From Aliivibrio fischeri ES114 (GTDB taxonomy: Bacteria; Pseudomonadota; Gammaproteobacteria; Enterobacterales; Vibrionaceae): 32,000 nucleotides of DNA. Numbering within the stretch: position 1 is the stretch's first letter; each line of letters opens with the position of its first letter. Shown here piece after piece: positions 31,565 to 32,000 of this stretch. The notes under the pieces were generated by a model, which saw only the letters and a program-made list of their open reading frames with translations, was not told the origin of the DNA and did not search any database. The stretch lies in NCBI RefSeq assembly GCF_000011805.1, contig NC_006840.2; one strand, given 5' to 3'. Both the position numbers and the translations under genes were made by a program.

Positions 31565-32000
31565 ATGACATACGCAAATTTTAATATTATCGATTGGCAC
31601 GCAATTTCTGCAGGTTTGGATAGCAAAAATGCGTGGTTAGAATGGCGTGAAAATAATTTCACTTGGCCTGAAAATGAAAAAGCGCCAGTTGATAAAATAC
31701 CAGCAATGGCTCGAAGAAGAATGAGCTCGTTAAGTAAATTAGCCGTGCAAACCGCATTAACATTAGCGGAAGAAAATGACATTGATTATTTGGTGTTCTC
31801 TAGTCAACATGGTGAGTTAACTCGAACTGTCGCTCTTTTAGAAGATATTTTGAATGGAGATGATGCTTCTCCAATGGCTTTTTCTCAATCGGTTCATAAT
31901 ACTGCCGCAGGTCTATTTACCATCACGGCCAAAAAAGCCATTCCAGTTACTTCTATCGCTGCTGGGGAAAATACCTTTCATTCTGCGGTTGTTGAAGCCG
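31565..32000 (+). CDS. Beta-ketoacyl synthase-like protein (N-terminal part; truncated by the window end), aryl-polyene-type cluster
   Basis: Open frame from ATG 31565: MTYANFNIIDWHAISAGLDSKNAWLEWRENNFTWPENEKAPVDKIPAMARRRMSSLSKLAVQTALTLAEENDIDYLVFSSQHGELTRTVALLEDILNGDDASPMAFSQSVHNTAAGLFTITAKKAIPVTSIAAGENTFHSAVVEA..., resembling the ketoacyl-synthase N-terminal (Ketoacyl-synt_2) family. Confidence 0.82.
   Translation, partial: MTYANFNIIDWHAISAGLDSKNAWLEWRENNFTWPENEKAPVDKIPAMARRRMSSLSKLAVQTALTLAEENDIDYLVFSSQHGELTRTVALLEDILNGDDASPMAFSQSVHNTAAGLFTITAKKAIPVTSIAAGENTFHSAVVEA

Noticed and set aside
31552-31782. 76-aa minus-strand ORF
   Set aside because: Antisense to the ketosynthase-like gene starting at 31565, which runs off the window.

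Overview
The window looks like Aliivibrio/Vibrio (Vibrionaceae) chromosomal DNA. The genus call rests on protein content and gene order only. Left to right it carries: the 3' part of a TCA-cycle operon (sdhA', sdhB, sucABCD); a methyl-accepting chemotaxis protein; the znuBC / znuA zinc-uptake locus, with a good Zur-box candidate in the divergent promoter and an M23 peptidase (mepM-like) overlapping the end of znuA; a very large membrane-anchored regulator (Reg_prop beta-propeller + Y_Y_Y + TM + degenerate kinase-like module + AraC HTH); an intergenic hairpin cluster; the feoABC ferrous-iron operon with a Fur-box candidate; a heptamer minisatellite; pta/ackA; yfbV; argS; a YecM-like VOC protein; and, at the right edge, what looks like the border of an aryl-polyene (APE)-type cluster (flavin-dependent halogenase-like protein, SAM methyltransferase, lipoprotein, and a truncated ketosynthase-like gene missed by the ORF track). 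Most of the window is conserved housekeeping sequence. I see no phage, CRISPR, toxin-antitoxin or clear defence island. The best candidates for new biology are the non-canonical 1135-aa sensor/AraC protein, the hairpin cluster plus inverted/direct-repeat elements upstream of feoA, the halogenase/methyltransferase pair beside the polyene cluster, and the 7-bp repeat element.
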